Below are positions 15,826 to 23,894 of a DNA stretch of 64,000 bases, piece after piece. The translations under genes were made by a program, and so were the position numbers. The DNA is taken from contig DASWWD010000003.1 in NCBI GenBank assembly GCA_036401015.1, forward strand, positions 37,912 to 101,911, written 5' to 3'. This DNA comes from Lacunisphaera sp. GTDB taxonomy: Bacteria > Verrucomicrobiota > Verrucomicrobiia > Opitutales > Opitutaceae. Position 1 is the first letter of the stretch. Every line of letters starts with the position of its first letter. The notes under the pieces were generated by a model that was given only the letters and a program-made list of their open reading frames with translations, ran no database searches and was not told the origin of the DNA.

Positions 15826-16596
15826 CTAGAGCCCCAGCGCCTTTTGGCGGTAGTGTTCGTCGGGGCGGCCGGCGATGCGGGCGGCGACGGCGGGGGACAG
15901 GAAGCGCGGGGAACCGAGCGCCACGGCGCCCACGAAGATCTCGGCGGCCTTGTTGGCCATGAGGGTCGCGGCGAGGACGGCCTCGGGCGTGGCGCCGAGG
16001 GCGATGAGACCGTGGTTCTCGAGGAGAATGACGCGCGGCGGACGGGCCAGGCGCTTGATGTAGGCCTTCACGGCGGCGCGGATGCCCTGGGCGAGCTTCA
16101 GGCCCGGGTCGATGTAGGGCACGAGGACGAACTCGGCGCCGCAACACACGATCTCGTCGGGACAGAGGCGCCGCGTGGCGAAGGTTTTCGCGTGTTTCGT
16201 GGCGAGGATCTTGTTCACCTCGACCGCGTGCGTGTGGCCGACGAAGTTCACGCCCGGCAGCGTGAGCAGCCACGCATGGAACATCGCCTCGACGGAAGGC
16301 TTGCGGGACGACGGATCGACGCGCGCCGCAAAGAGCGCCTCGTCGATGGCGGCGTCGGTCATGACCTTGCGGTCGAGCAGCGGCAGCAGGGCGTCGAAGC
16401 GGCAGGTGGCGGTGCCCTTCTCGCTCAGCGAACCGAGGTTCGAGCCGCTGGCCTTGACGACAAAGGTGTCCGCGGTGAGGCGGGCGGAGGTGTTCCCCTC
16501 CCCCAAAATGGCGAGCTTGCGGTCCTCGCGCCCCAGCTGGTGAGAGAGGTCGAGCATCCGCTCAAGGACATTGGACTGGGCGGTGGCGGGGTTCAT
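15826..16596 (-). CDS. Class II aldolase/adducin-family protein
   Basis: GEGNTSAR, VKASG, PSVEAMFH, VGHTH, LLENHGLI. Confidence 0.88.
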   Translation of the reverse strand: MNPATAQSNVLERMLDLSHQLGREDRKLAILGEGNTSARLTADTFVVKASGSNLGSLSEKGTATCRFDALLPLLDRKVMTDAAIDEALFAARVDPSSRKPSVEAMFHAWLLTLPGVNFVGHTHAVEVNKILATKHAKTFATRRLCPDEIVCCGAEFVLVPYIDPGLKLAQGIRAAVKAYIKRLARPPRVILLENHGLIALGATPEAVLAATLMANKAAEIFVGAVALGSPRFLSPAVAARIAGRPDEHYRQKALGL

Positions 16597-17375
16597 CAGG
16601 CGCGGAGGAGTTTGGCGGCGGGCAGGACGATGCTGTTTTCGGCGAGGGCCTTGGCGGAGGCGTCGGTGATGAGCGCGGAAACCTGGGACCAGGCAGCGGC
16701 GCGGTGCGGCGTGGCGCGGCCGAGCTTGGTGGCGTCGAGGCAGAAATAGGCGCGCGTCGCGTGCGGTAGCAGGGCCTGCTGGAAGGCCGCGATGTGGTCG
16801 TGGGAATTCGTGATGCCGGCGGCGTCCATCCCCTCCCCCGCCAGGAAAGCCGCGTCAAACTTCCAGTCGCCGAGCGCGGACACGGCGCGGGCGCCCATGA
16901 GCGCGGCCTGGCGGTTCAGGAACTGGCCGCCGAGGACGTGCAGCTCGAGACCCGCCACGCCGCCCAGCACGGTGGCGGCGGAGAGGCTGTTGGTGACAAC
17001 CGCGAGGCCGGCGAAGTCCCGGCGGCGCGTCAGGGCGCGGGCCACAGCCTGGATGGTCGTGCCGGCGTCGAGGAAGATGGTGCCCGTGCGCGGGATCTGC
17101 GCCACGGCCTTGCGGGCGATGCGGGCCTTGGCCGAGCGGGCGCGGCCGGAACGCTCGTCGACCGAGTCGAAGGAGCTGTTGTAATCCGCCAGCGCGCCGC
17201 CGTAGGTGCGGGTGATGTGGCCGTCGGCCTCGACCGCCGCCAGGTCGCGGCGGGCGGTGGCCTCGGAGACACCCAGGCGCCGGCAGATCTCGACCACCGG
17301 CAGGAAACCGTCGCGCCGGATCAGGCTGCGAAGCTCCTCGCGGCGAAGGTCGACGATGTGCTGGGGCACGCGCAT
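16596..17375 (-). CDS. DeoR/GlpR-family transcriptional regulator (rhamnose regulon)
   Basis: LGVSEATARRDL HTH, RTYGGA, IFLDAGTT, VVTNSL. Confidence 0.93.
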   Translation of the reverse strand: MRVPQHIVDLRREELRSLIRRDGFLPVVEICRRLGVSEATARRDLAAVEADGHITRTYGGALADYNSSFDSVDERSGRARSAKARIARKAVAQIPRTGTIFLDAGTTIQAVARALTRRRDFAGLAVVTNSLSAATVLGGVAGLELHVLGGQFLNRQAALMGARAVSALGDWKFDAAFLAGEGMDAAGITNSHDHIAAFQQALLPHATRAYFCLDATKLGRATPHRAAAWSQVSALITDASAKALAENSIVLPAAKLLRA

Positions 17376-17393
17376 GGAAGAACAGTGACGGAA

Positions 17394-17421
17394 TTTATAT
17401 GATTGGGGTCAATCATATAAA
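17394..17421. promoter_or_regulatory. Perfect 12-bp inverted repeat, probable DeoR operator
   Basis: TTTATATGATTG-GGGT-CAATCATATAAA, 18 bp upstream of the DeoR start. Confidence 0.7.
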
Positions 17422-17426
17422 AAGGA

Positions 17427-17490
17427 AACCTGAAACTTGAGACCTGAGACCTGAAATTAACGCAAAGGCGCTAAGGCGCAGAGAGATGCG
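17427..17490. repeat. Heptamer run followed by an 8-nt periodic arm
   Basis: AACCTGA AACTTGA GACCTGA GACCTGA then TTAA CGCAAAGG CGCTAAGG CGCAGAGA. Confidence 0.7.
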
Positions 17491-17660
17491 AGATGATCCT
17501 TATCAAAATGGCTGTGCTTTCGGATATTGGCGTTAATGAGCGAACCTCAGAAATCCACTTTTTCCGCCAGCTCGTGCCTGGCATCGGCCACACGGGACGG
17601 CGGACGAGAGGCCGTCCTGCGCGCTGCGGAACACAAAGACCTGAACGGAGGCGGGACGGA

Positions 17661-19256
17661 TCATGGCAGCCTGAGTCCGGTGATCCTGAGGACGCTGGCG
17701 AAATCGCTGGGGCGCCAGGGTGGCAGGGTGACATGCAGCCCGGTGGCGTCGCGGGTGAATTTGACGGCCTGCGTGCTGCCGAGCAGGGACACGGCGGTGA
17801 TGTCGCCCGCGAGGCCCGGCGCACCCGTGGCGAGCGAGGTGATCGTGACCTTGTTGTCCTGCGGCCAGGCGAAGAGGGTGGCGTAGAGCGTGTAGGTGCC
17901 GTCGGCCTGCTTCTGGACGGTAAAGCGCATGTCCTGCGGCGTGTAGGAGACGAGGGCGGCATTGGTGATGCCGCGCTGCGGGCTGCGTTCGTTGATCCGC
18001 TCCTCCGTCGGCCCCTCGCCAAAGCGGTGCCAGGGACGGGAGCCGTAGATGGCCTCGCCATTCACGCCGAGCCACTCGCCCATCTGGAGGAGGCGCAGCT
18101 GCTGGTCCTCCGGAATGGTGCCGTCGGCGCGCGGCGCGAGGTTGAGCAGGTAGGCGCCGTTCTTCGAGACGCAGTCCACCAGCTCGCGGATCAGCTCGCC
18201 GGCATTGCGCAGCACGAGGCCGTCGATGTAACCCCAGCTGTTGTGGGCGATGGAGGTGTCGCACTGCCAGAACTGCTCGCTGATGCCCGCCGGCCGGCCG
18301 CGCTCGTAATCCTTGATGGTGCCGGCGAGGTAGGCGTCACTCTTGGTGGTGACGCTGGCGGCGAGGCCCCACTCGGCGGCGCGGTTGTAATAATAGGCGG
18401 CGAAGCGGAGCTTCACCTCGTCGAGGGCGCGGGCATTGACGCCGTTGTCGAAAAAGACCATCTGCGGCCGGTATTTGTCCACCAATTCCTGGTTGCGACG
18501 CAGCCACTCCTCGAGGAACTCCCGGCTTTGCGGCGCGGCGCGGCCCTCGAAGACCTCCTGGCCGCCCTGCGTGCGCTCGACCGGCGGCTGCGGCGGCCCG
18601 TAGAAGTCGGCGTAGGCGGGATCGAAGATATCCGAGGCCAGGCCCGCCATCGGATACATGAAGTTCCAGTGCTCCATGCGGTGGTTGGAGAGACAGAAGA
18701 CGAGGCCCTCATGCCGGACGGCCGCGGCCAGCTCGCCGATCAGGTCGCGCCTCGGCCCCATATCCTTGGCGTCCCAGCGCGTGAGCGCCGAATCATACAT
18801 CGCGAAGCCGTCGTGGTGCTCGGCGACGGGCATGACGTATTTGGCGCCGGCCCTGCGGAAGAGCCCGGCCCACGCGGCCGGGTCGTATTTCTCGGCCCGG
18901 AAGAGCGGGATGAAATCCTTGTAGCCAAACTTGTCCTGCGGCCCGAATTTCTGGCGGTGCCAGTCGGCGACCGCCCGGGTGGCATACATGTGGCGCGGAT
19001 ACCACTCGCTGTTGCGGGCCGGCACGGCGTAGAGGCCCCAGTGCAGGAAGATGCCGAACTTGCCGTCCAGCAGCCAGGCCGGCGGCTGGTAATTGGCCCG
19101 GATCGATTCCCAGGTCGGGACGAAGGGTCCCGGTGGGATGGGCAGGGCCGGGCCCGGCAGGGTGACGCGGGGCACGGCCGGGTGCGGCGCCGGGGAGGAG
19201 GGCTGGGCGCTGGCGACACCGGCAGCCAGCAGGGAAAGCAGGATATGGCGTTTCAT
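17661..19256 (-). CDS. GH29 alpha-L-fucosidase-family glycosidase (secreted)
   Basis: Signal peptide; WLLDGKFGIFLHWG, AEHHDGF, VFFDNG, VSKNGAYLLN, NGEAIYGSRPW. Confidence 0.92.
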   Translation of the reverse strand: MKRHILLSLLAAGVASAQPSSPAPHPAVPRVTLPGPALPIPPGPFVPTWESIRANYQPPAWLLDGKFGIFLHWGLYAVPARNSEWYPRHMYATRAVADWHRQKFGPQDKFGYKDFIPLFRAEKYDPAAWAGLFRRAGAKYVMPVAEHHDGFAMYDSALTRWDAKDMGPRRDLIGELAAAVRHEGLVFCLSNHRMEHWNFMYPMAGLASDIFDPAYADFYGPPQPPVERTQGGQEVFEGRAAPQSREFLEEWLRRNQELVDKYRPQMVFFDNGVNARALDEVKLRFAAYYYNRAAEWGLAASVTTKSDAYLAGTIKDYERGRPAGISEQFWQCDTSIAHNSWGYIDGLVLRNAGELIRELVDCVSKNGAYLLNLAPRADGTIPEDQQLRLLQMGEWLGVNGEAIYGSRPWHRFGEGPTEERINERSPQRGITNAALVSYTPQDMRFTVQKQADGTYTLYATLFAWPQDNKVTITSLATGAPGLAGDITAVSLLGSTQAVKFTRDATGLHVTLPPWRPSDFASVLRITGLRLP

Positions 19257-19258
19257 GA

Positions 19259-21073
19259 TCAAAAGGAAAGTTGGTCGGTGGAATCGTGGCGGGCATCGGC
19301 CACGCCGGGGCTGCGGGAGATGCTGAAATTCTTCACCGCGCGCAGAACAAAGGCCTTTCCCTCCCCCGGATGGGCCACGTCGAGTTCGTCGAAACGGGCG
19401 TCCGTCACTTGATCAAGGACCACGCGCGGGCGGGTGTCGGGTTTCTCGTAGGCGTAGGTCACATCGCGCACGACCAGACCGGTGACGTGGCGGGCATAAA
19501 TCGCCGAGGCGGGCAGCAGGCCGAACATGCTCGGCTCGGGATAGGACGGCTCGCGCGCCGGCACGGCAAAGGGGTCGCGGGGACCGGTCACGCCCGGCTC
19601 GTTGCCGCGCAGGAAGAAGGCGTTCACCAGATCGGCCGGCTGCGCGGCGACCTGCTCCAGCGAGATGCCGCCGCGGGAAAGCACGTGGACGCCCTCGATC
19701 GTGACGTCCTCGATCGGGTGGCCGGGCAGGCCGGCCAGCAGGATCGGGAAGCGGCCGTCGGCACCGTTGACGGTGATGCCGCTGAGGCGCACGCGGCGCA
19801 CGGCGCCGACAGGCGTGCCGGCCGGGCCGCGTGCGCGGTTGCCGAGGCGGATGAAGATCGGGGAGTTCGAGACATCGCGCATCGTAATGTTCGAGATGAC
19901 GACATCCTCGATCACGCCACCGTCGACCGTCTCGAGCGCGAGGCCGCGCGAGCGGTCGAAGACGATGTTCGAGATCGTGATGTTCTTGAAGCCGCCGTTG
20001 GACTCGGTGCCGAACTTGATGCGGCCGGTCGGGCCGTCGCGGTCGGGGGCGCGCTCCTGCGTGCGCTTGAAGGTGGCGTCGAGCAGCGAGCCGACGTCGA
20101 AGCCGCTGACGAGGCAGTTGGTGATGGTGACGTTCTCGGTGGCCCGGGCCTCCCCCAGCCCGAAGCTGCTCTTGAGGACGATGGCGTCGTCGTTCGGGGC
20201 GTTGACGCTGCAGTTGGACACGCGGACGTTGCGGCAGGCGTCGATGTCGAAGCCGTCGCGATTGGTGTCGACCTTGAGATTGTCGATCGTCAGGTGATCG
20301 ACCCCGGTCGCGAGCAGGGCGAAGTGGCCGCCGTTGAGGACGGAGAAGTCGCGGAGGGTGACGTTGCGGCAGTTCTTGAGGCCAATGGCCTTGTTGCCCT
20401 GGCCAACGGGGCTGCGCGGACCGGGACCGCCGGCGGCCGGCGCACCCGGAGGCGGCGGGCCGGGCGGAGTGACTGACACCGGGGCCGGGGTCGAGCCGGG
20501 CGGCAATGTTCCGTCGGGACCGATGGCGCCGCGGCGGCCGCCGCCGTAACCGGCGTTGCGCACGAGGCCCTTGGTGCCGTCGATCAGCCCGGGACCGGTG
20601 ATGGCGATGTTCTGCAGGCCATCGCCCCAGATGAGGCTGTTCTGCCAGTGGCTGTGGCCGAAGTCCTGGTATTGAAGCTTGTCGCCCCAGTCGTTCGGCT
20701 CAGGCGGATCGTAGGCACCCAAGCCCTCGGCCGGCACGGCCGCGAGCAGCACGGCGCCGGCGTCGAGGTGCAGCGTGATGTTGCTCTTGAGGCGGATCGA
20801 GAAACTCAGGTAGGTGCCGGCCGGGAGCACGACCGTGCCCCCACCCTGTTTCGCAGCCGCTTCAATCGCGGCGTTGATCGCCGGCGAATCGAGGGCGACA
20901 CCGTCGCCCTTGGCGCCGTGGTCGCGGACGTTGAAGACCGCGGCAAATGAAGAAACGGTCATCGAGCAGCCAAGTCCCAGAATAATTAACCGCAAAGAAA
21001 CGCAAAGAGCGCAGAAAGCCGATGCGCGCCTGGTCTTTGAGTTCTTTGCGTTCTTTTGCGGTAGAAACTGCAT
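19259..21073 (-). CDS. GH28 polygalacturonase/rhamnogalacturonase-family protein
   Basis: FNVRDHGAKGDG, NRDGFD, NDDAIVLKS, GRIKFGTES; start uncertain (ATG 21073 or TTG 20995). Confidence 0.9.
   Translation of the reverse strand: MQFLPQKNAKNSKTRRASAFCALCVSLRLIILGLGCSMTVSSFAAVFNVRDHGAKGDGVALDSPAINAAIEAAAKQGGGTVVLPAGTYLSFSIRLKSNITLHLDAGAVLLAAVPAEGLGAYDPPEPNDWGDKLQYQDFGHSHWQNSLIWGDGLQNIAITGPGLIDGTKGLVRNAGYGGGRRGAIGPDGTLPPGSTPAPVSVTPPGPPPPGAPAAGGPGPRSPVGQGNKAIGLKNCRNVTLRDFSVLNGGHFALLATGVDHLTIDNLKVDTNRDGFDIDACRNVRVSNCSVNAPNDDAIVLKSSFGLGEARATENVTITNCLVSGFDVGSLLDATFKRTQERAPDRDGPTGRIKFGTESNGGFKNITISNIVFDRSRGLALETVDGGVIEDVVISNITMRDVSNSPIFIRLGNRARGPAGTPVGAVRRVRLSGITVNGADGRFPILLAGLPGHPIEDVTIEGVHVLSRGGISLEQVAAQPADLVNAFFLRGNEPGVTGPRDPFAVPAREPSYPEPSMFGLLPASAIYARHVTGLVVRDVTYAYEKPDTRPRVVLDQVTDARFDELDVAHPGEGKAFVLRAVKNFSISRSPGVADARHDSTDQLSF
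20986..21064. repeat. 8/9-nt periodic hairpin overlapping the GH28 5' end
   Basis: TTAACCGCAAAGAAACGCAAAGAGCGCAGAAAG ... CTTTGAGTTCTTTGCGTTCTTTTGCGGTAG. Confidence 0.75.
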
Positions 21074-21086
21074 GGGAGCGAAGCGA

Positions 21087-23876
21087 TCAGGGTTTCGGCT
21101 GCGCGGCCGCGGCTTTTTCCCAGTCGGCGAGCCAGGGTCTGGCCAGCTCGAGGGTCTCGATGGCGTTGAGCGCCCACTGGACGCTGGCGACGCCGTGCAG
21201 CTGCCAGCCGACCGGCGCGCCGAGGAAGGCGGGGTCGGTCACGGGTTTCACGAGGCCGGCATCACGGACCGGTTTCGGCACCGGCAGCGGCGAGAGCGAC
21301 TTGCCGATGAGCTTGTCCCAGGCCAGGCGACCGAGTTCGGCGTTATTCTTCTTGTGCGCGGCGTAGGCGAGCAGGCGCGGGCCGGTCATCTGGCCGCCCT
21401 CCACCTGGCGTCCGACGTGCTCGAAGGTGTTGGCCAGCGCGTTCCAGAACTCGGGAATGTCATACTGCGGCTCCATCTCCCAGAGGTTCTCGGGGCCGCC
21501 GAAGATCATGTCGAAGTAGCGGCCGCCGAAGCGCCCGTCCTGGTCCACGTTCGCGGCCATCGTGCGCATATCGGCCTCGATGCGCGGGCGCCACGACGGG
21601 TCAAGGCCGCGCTCCCACTCGGTGGTCCAGTTGAGCGCGTAACACATCCATTCGAGGCCGAAGCGTGTGAAGGGCTTGCGGTCGGCCGCCAGCGGGCGCG
21701 GGCCGAAGTCCTTCGGCTCGGGCGCGGGACCGCTGGCGCGCGGCGCGAGCGTGTAACCGCCGGCGTCGTCGGTGGGCATGTAATGCGAGCCGTTGAACTG
21801 CACGAGATACTCGTAGGCCAGGTCGGCGTCGACCTGGGCGCGCAACAGGTCGCCGGTGCGCTCGTCGCCGCCGGAGAGGAAGTAGAACTGCCGCTTGAGA
21901 CCCGCGTGGCTGATGCGCGGCTGCTTGGCGCCGTCGCCCCAGTGGTTGACGTTGTGGCGCGAGCCAAGCGGGGCGAAGGGGCCGACATGGTGCACGTCCA
22001 CCTCGCTGGTGTGACGCGTCATCGCCTCGGCAAAGCGGTAGAGGTCGGCGCGGCCGGTGCGGAGGAAGGAATACCACAGCAGCATGTCCGGCATGAGCTC
22101 GGTGTTCACCCAGGCCCAGCCGCCGATGTCGTAACGCCACTCGTGGCGGCCGAAATCGTAGTTGTGCATGATGTCGCCGAAATCCCAGAAACCATACCAC
22201 GAGCGCTCGTCCACCTGCTGACGGTAAAAATCCACGAGGCCCTGCACCTGGGTCTCGATCCAGTCGAGCGTCGGGGTCGAGCGGTCCGGCAGGCTCCAGC
22301 GGCCGAAGACCTGCAGGCGGTGGTAGTATTGCGGGGTGGCGACGAGGATCGGCGGCGCGCTGGCGGCGCGCGCGAGGGCGCCGAGCTCCGCGTTGGGCGG
22401 GATGGCGGCGAAGGCGCGCAGGGTCAGCTCATGGGTGTTGGCGATGCCGAGAGCGGTCCCCCAACCCGGCTTCCAGTCCTCGTAGCTGACGGGCAGGCCG
22501 TGCGGCGTGTCGTCGTAGCGGCGCAGGTCCATCGCCGGCGCGTCGGGCGACCAGAGCCAGACGCGGATCTCGCCGGTGGCGGCGTCGCCGTTGAGCACCT
22601 CGAGCGCAGCCGGGTGTTTCTGCCAGAAATCCTTCACGCCCACGGCGAGGCCGCCGCTGACGTCGCCCAGCACGGCGAGCCCGACGGCGCGTTTGCCGTC
22701 GGTGAAATGCAGCCACGAGGCGTGGTCGCCGGTGCGCTTGTGGATGGACCAGGAATTCGGTCCGGTCTGGGCGAGCTTGGCGTCCGGCCAGAGCGCAACG
22801 CCCACCGTGGCGTTGCGCGCCGGCGGGCTGAGATCGGCGAGGTTGGGCACCCGTTGCCCGGCGAGATGCGCGGCGTAGAGTTCGCCCACCTGGGCGCCGG
22901 CCTGCGGGCGGTAACCCGGCATCATCTGCACGGGCTGCGTCCAGATGCCGCCGTCGTCGCCGGCGAGGCGGATGTGGCGGTTGTGCATCTCCTCCCGGAA
23001 CGGCACGCTGAAGACGAGGCCGAGGCCCTTGATGAAATCCTGCTCCGGGTTGCCGTCGTAGACAAAGGTATGGACCAGACGGACGTCCGCCGAGCCCGCG
23101 TGGAAATACAACCGGACCGTGAACGGCAGCCAGGTCCGGCCGCCAGCGGCGGCATGCACGCCCTCCACCTTGACCACGGCGCGGCCGGGACCGGATTGCT
23201 CCAGCGTCACCTGCGTGACGCGGCTGGTGAACGATTCCTCGCGGAGCACACCCTTCGCCTGCTCGGTGCGGTCCTCGCGGAGGGCGATGAGCCGGCCGTG
23301 GGTGCCGACGGTGCGGTCGCCGATGGTGAGCGACTCGAAGAAAGTGTCACCCGACTTCGCGATGCGCGCCTTGAGCGCGCCGGTGTCGAGGGTGAGGCCC
23401 GTCGCATCGTCGGCGTATTTGATTTCGGTGCGCGGCCCGCGCTCCTCGTTGAGCCCCGGCTGCGGGGTGAGCGTGAACGGTCCGGCGAGGCCGGCCGGGG
23501 CGGTGATGGCGTGGCCGGTCCACTTGAGGGAACCGTCCGGCCAGTAGGCCAGCGGCCAGGTTTGCACCTCGACCCGCTGCCCGCCGGCGGCGGACAGGCG
23601 CATCGGGGTGTTGGCCGGCACGGCTCCCTTCGGCCAGGGCACGCCCCAGGTGACATTGGCGCCCGTGGCGGGCGGCGTGCCGCCGAGCCAGTTGAGGGTG
23701 ACGGCATCGGCCGCAAAAGCCGGAACTGAAACCAGACAAAAAAGCCAAAGGCCCAGATTTTTTAGCCATAAAAAGTCACAAAAGGCTTTCGTCCGGCAGG
23801 AGGACCATTGCCGCGCGCCTATAGGCGCCTTGAGAGTCTCATTCGCCGCCGGGGTTTTGCGCCTTTTTGTGGCCAT
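21087..23876 (-). CDS. Exo-rhamnogalacturonan lyase-like protein (PL26 / YetA-like)
   Basis: VTWGVPWPKG, TWPLAYWPDGSLKWTGHA, SWYGFWDFGDIMH, RYDIGGWAW.NTEL, SRHNVNHWG; start uncertain. Confidence 0.8.
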   Translation of the reverse strand: MATKRRKTPAANETLKAPIGARQWSSCRTKAFCDFLWLKNLGLWLFCLVSVPAFAADAVTLNWLGGTPPATGANVTWGVPWPKGAVPANTPMRLSAAGGQRVEVQTWPLAYWPDGSLKWTGHAITAPAGLAGPFTLTPQPGLNEERGPRTEIKYADDATGLTLDTGALKARIAKSGDTFFESLTIGDRTVGTHGRLIALREDRTEQAKGVLREESFTSRVTQVTLEQSGPGRAVVKVEGVHAAAGGRTWLPFTVRLYFHAGSADVRLVHTFVYDGNPEQDFIKGLGLVFSVPFREEMHNRHIRLAGDDGGIWTQPVQMMPGYRPQAGAQVGELYAAHLAGQRVPNLADLSPPARNATVGVALWPDAKLAQTGPNSWSIHKRTGDHASWLHFTDGKRAVGLAVLGDVSGGLAVGVKDFWQKHPAALEVLNGDAATGEIRVWLWSPDAPAMDLRRYDDTPHGLPVSYEDWKPGWGTALGIANTHELTLRAFAAIPPNAELGALARAASAPPILVATPQYYHRLQVFGRWSLPDRSTPTLDWIETQVQGLVDFYRQQVDERSWYGFWDFGDIMHNYDFGRHEWRYDIGGWAWVNTELMPDMLLWYSFLRTGRADLYRFAEAMTRHTSEVDVHHVGPFAPLGSRHNVNHWGDGAKQPRISHAGLKRQFYFLSGGDERTGDLLRAQVDADLAYEYLVQFNGSHYMPTDDAGGYTLAPRASGPAPEPKDFGPRPLAADRKPFTRFGLEWMCYALNWTTEWERGLDPSWRPRIEADMRTMAANVDQDGRFGGRYFDMIFGGPENLWEMEPQYDIPEFWNALANTFEHVGRQVEGGQMTGPRLLAYAAHKKNNAELGRLAWDKLIGKSLSPLPVPKPVRDAGLVKPVTDPAFLGAPVGWQLHGVASVQWALNAIETLELARPWLADWEKAAAAQPKP

Positions 23877-23879
23877 AAA
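23758..23879. repeat. Periodic hairpin overlapping the PL26-like gene 5' end
   Basis: TTTAGCCATAAAAAGTCACAAAAG ... TTTTGCGCCTTTTTGTGGCCATAAA. Confidence 0.7.
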
Positions 23880-23894
23880 TTCCGTGAGTTCGGA

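Noticed and set aside
8719-17454. Periodic repeats as a CRISPR array
   Set aside because: Units are 7-8 nt tandem, with no constant 23-47 bp repeat with unique spacers and no cas genes.
17490-17660. Possible gene remnant (ADARHELAEKVDF-stop) and degenerate REP-like hairpin downstream of GH29
   Set aside because: Too short to assign; no start codon or recognisable family.
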